NCBI GenBank assembly: GCA_031548435.1
Contig: JAVBRA010000007.1
Span: 67,955-131,954 of the forward strand
From: Rikenellaceae bacterium
Lineage (GTDB): Bacteria > Bacteroidota > Bacteroidia > Bacteroidales > Rikenellaceae
Length of the DNA stretch: 64,000 nt
Direction of reading: 5' to 3'
Shown one piece after another: positions 62,054 to 64,000 of the stretch. The position numbers were made by a program, and so were the translations under genes. The notes beneath the pieces are model-generated. The model was not told where the DNA came from. It saw only the letters and a program-made list of their open reading frames with translations, and ran no database searches. Within the stretch, counting starts at the first letter, position 1, and each line of letters opens with the position of its first letter.

Positions 62054-64000
62054 ATGAAAAAAGCGTTGAAAATTACCGGCATCGTCATCGGTTCGCTGCT
62101 ATTGCTGCTGATCGTCGTGCCATTTGCATTCAAAGGCAAGATCAAACAGATCGCCATCGACGAAGGAAACAAAATGCTGGTGGACGCCCGCTTCGACTTC
62201 GGCAAGCTGAACATCAGCCTGTTCCGCCATTTTCCGTCGGCAACCGTCACCCTCCGCGATTTTTACATCGTGGGGACGAACAAGTTCGAGGGCGACACGC
62301 TGGTCTACGCCGGCAGGCTTTCCGCCACCATGAACATCAAATCGCTTTTTGGCGACAGCGGGTACGACATCTCGCGGATCGCACTGGAAGACACCTACCT
62401 CAAGGCCATTGTGCTCGAAGACAGCACCGCCAATTGGGACATTATGAAACCCTCGGTGCCCGACACCACTACGCAGGCCGAAGAGCCGTCGGCATTCAAA
62501 ATCAACCTGAAAAAACTGACGCTCAAAAACATCAACGCCATTTACGACGACCGAGCCGGCAAGATGTATGCGCAAATGGGCAATTTCAACGCCACCGCCT
62601 CGGGCAACCTCGCCTCCGACCAAACAACCCTGAAACTGGAGGCCGAGACGGACAACGTCACGTTTAAAATGGGGGCCGTCCCCTACCTGAATAAGGCGAA
62701 GATCTACCTGAAGGCAGCCGTTGACGCCGACCTGAAAAACAATAAATTCACGCTTGAAGAGAACGTGATCCGCCTCAACGCCATCGAGGCCGGCATCGAC
62801 GGATGGCTGGCCCTGCTCGAAAACGACGCGATGGACATGGATCTGAAACTGAACACCCCCAAGGTGTCGTTCAAGGAGATTTTGTCGCTGATCCCGGCCA
62901 TTTACGCCAAAGATTTCGAGAGCATCCAGACCACGGGCAACGTCACCCTCGACGCCTGGGCCAAAGGGACGATGGCGGGCGACACGCTCCCCGCATTCAA
63001 CGTAGACGTGAAGATTTCGGACGCCACGTTCCGCTATCCCGACCTGCCCAAGGGCGTGGACGCCATCAACATCAGCATCAACGCCAAGAATCCGGGCGGG
63101 GCGGCCGACAAAACCACCGTCGACATCGATCCGATGACCTTCTCGATGGCGGGCAATCCGTTCGCGCTCAACGCACACATCGCCACGCCGGTCAGCGACC
63201 TGGCCTTCAACGCCAAGGCCAAGGGCACCATCAACCTGGGGATGGTCAAAGAGATCTATCCGCTCGACAGCATGGAGCTCAACGGCGTGGTGAATGCCGA
63301 CATGGCCGTGGCCGGACGGATGTCATACATCGACAACGAACAATACGACAAAATATCGGCCTCGGGCACCATCGCCCTGTCGGACATGATCTACAAATCG
63401 GCCGGTCTGCCCGATGTGAACATCAAAAAATCGACGTTCACCTTCTCGCCGCAATACCTCAACCTGAGCGAAACGGCGCTGGTGATCGGGCGCAACGACA
63501 TCACCCTCGACAGCCGCCTGGAGAACTACCTGGCCTACGCGCTGAAAGACCAGACGCTCAAAGGGACGCTCAACGTGAAATCGAATTACCTCAACATCGG
63601 CGACTTCATGAGCGGCGCCGCCGAAACGACCGCAGAAGAGAGCACGCCCCTGAGCGTGATCGAGGTGCCGAAAAACATCGACTTCGACATGAACGCCTCG
63701 CTGGCCAAAGTGATCTACGACAACCTGACGCTCGACAACGTGGCCGGCCGCATCACCGTCAAGGACGGCCGGTTGGATATGAGGAACCTGTCGATGAACA
63801 CACTCGGGGGCAAAGTGGTGGCCACGGCCTATTACAGCACGGCGCAGAACGCCCAGCAGCCCGACTTCGGCGGGGCGTTCAACCTGGGCGGCGTGTCGTT
63901 CCAGGAAGCGTTCAAGACGTTTGTAATGATCCAGAAAATGGCCCCGATTTTCGAAGGGCTGCAAGGCAACTTCTCGGGCACGCTCGACATCGCCACCCGG
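62054..64000 (+). CDS. AsmA-family outer membrane biogenesis protein (3'-truncated by the window end)
   Basis: This ORF is open from ATG 62054 to the window end (649 codons, no stop), so it is absent from the supplied track. It begins 'MKKALKITGIVIGSLLLLLIVVPFAFKGKIKQ' (N-terminal anchor). A long repetitive beta-rich region typical of AsmA-like proteins follows. Confidence 0.65.
   Translation, partial: MKKALKITGIVIGSLLLLLIVVPFAFKGKIKQIAIDEGNKMLVDARFDFGKLNISLFRHFPSATVTLRDFYIVGTNKFEGDTLVYAGRLSATMNIKSLFGDSGYDISRIALEDTYLKAIVLEDSTANWDIMKPSVPDTTTQAEEPSAFKINLKKLTLKNINAIYDDRAGKMYAQMGNFNATASGNLASDQTTLKLEAETDNVTFKMGAVPYLNKAKIYLKAAVDADLKNNKFTLEENVIRLNAIEAGIDGWLALLENDAMDMDLKLNTPKVSFKEILSLIPAIYAKDFESIQTTGNVTLDAWAKGTMAGDTLPAFNVDVKISDATFRYPDLPKGVDAINISINAKNPGGAADKTTVDIDPMTFSMAGNPFALNAHIATPVSDLAFNAKAKGTINLGMVKEIYPLDSMELNGVVNADMAVAGRMSYIDNEQYDKISASGTIALSDMIYKSAGLPDVNIKKSTFTFSPQYLNLSETALVIGRNDITLDSRLENYLAYALKDQTLKGTLNVKSNYLNIGDFMSGAAETTAEESTPLSVIEVPKNIDFDMNASLAKVIYDNLTLDNVAGRITVKDGRLDMRNLSMNTLGGKVVATAYYSTAQNAQQPDFGGAFNLGGVSFQEAFKTFVMIQKMAPIFEGLQGNFSGTLDIATR

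Overview
This is a GC-rich, Bacteroidota-style chromosomal segment, judged from gene content: TonB-type barrels, an NVEALA-like peptide, a FISUMP remnant and Bacteroides-type tyrosine integrases. No search was run. The housekeeping backbone includes radC, maf, slyD, gcvP, PBP1A, asd, a pheA/aminotransferase/tyrA/DAHP-synthase-chorismate-mutase operon, folP, pgeF, ogt, fabD, tRNA-Tyr and tRNA-Gly.

Two visibly AT-richer integrative islands interrupt it. Each is bounded by a direct repeat of the 3' half of a tRNA gene, and each carries a related tyrosine integrase.

Island 1 (961-16953, in tRNA-Pro) is the most interesting locus. It has an integrase/excisionase/primase-like module. It also has a ~10.7 kb single-strand operon encoding two double-glycine-leader, Cys-containing precursor peptides with mucin-like Thr/Pro or Ser-rich tails. 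The same operon encodes a radical SAM/SPASM enzyme, a C39-peptidase ABC exporter, two paralogous glycosyltransferases that by eye resemble polypeptide GalNAc-transferases (GT27), a third GT2 enzyme and a TonB-dependent-type outer membrane barrel. An IS5-family element sits exactly on the stop codon of one precursor. I read this as a mobile, probably undescribed, glycosylated rSAM-modified peptide (RiPP-like) system.

Island 2 (50981-56530, in tRNA-Thr) carries a 530-aa protein with family-A/T7-like polymerase motifs A, B and C. Next to it are a ~630 bp untranslated gap, a TerB-like protein, a small membrane protein and a retropepsin-like aspartic protease.

Other notable points:
- A Phe/Tyr-rich leader peptide and terminator/antiterminator lie upstream of pheA.
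- A ten-gene MacAB-TolC-like operon has an embedded S41 peptidase and three paralogous secreted proteins.
- An NVEALA-like peptide is paired with a beta-propeller lipoprotein.
- Three tandem small outer membrane barrel paralogs share a 61-bp identical segment.

Many long ORFs in the six-frame track are antisense or alternate-frame artefacts of GC-rich coding DNA. One real ORF (62054-64000, open-ended) is missing from the track.
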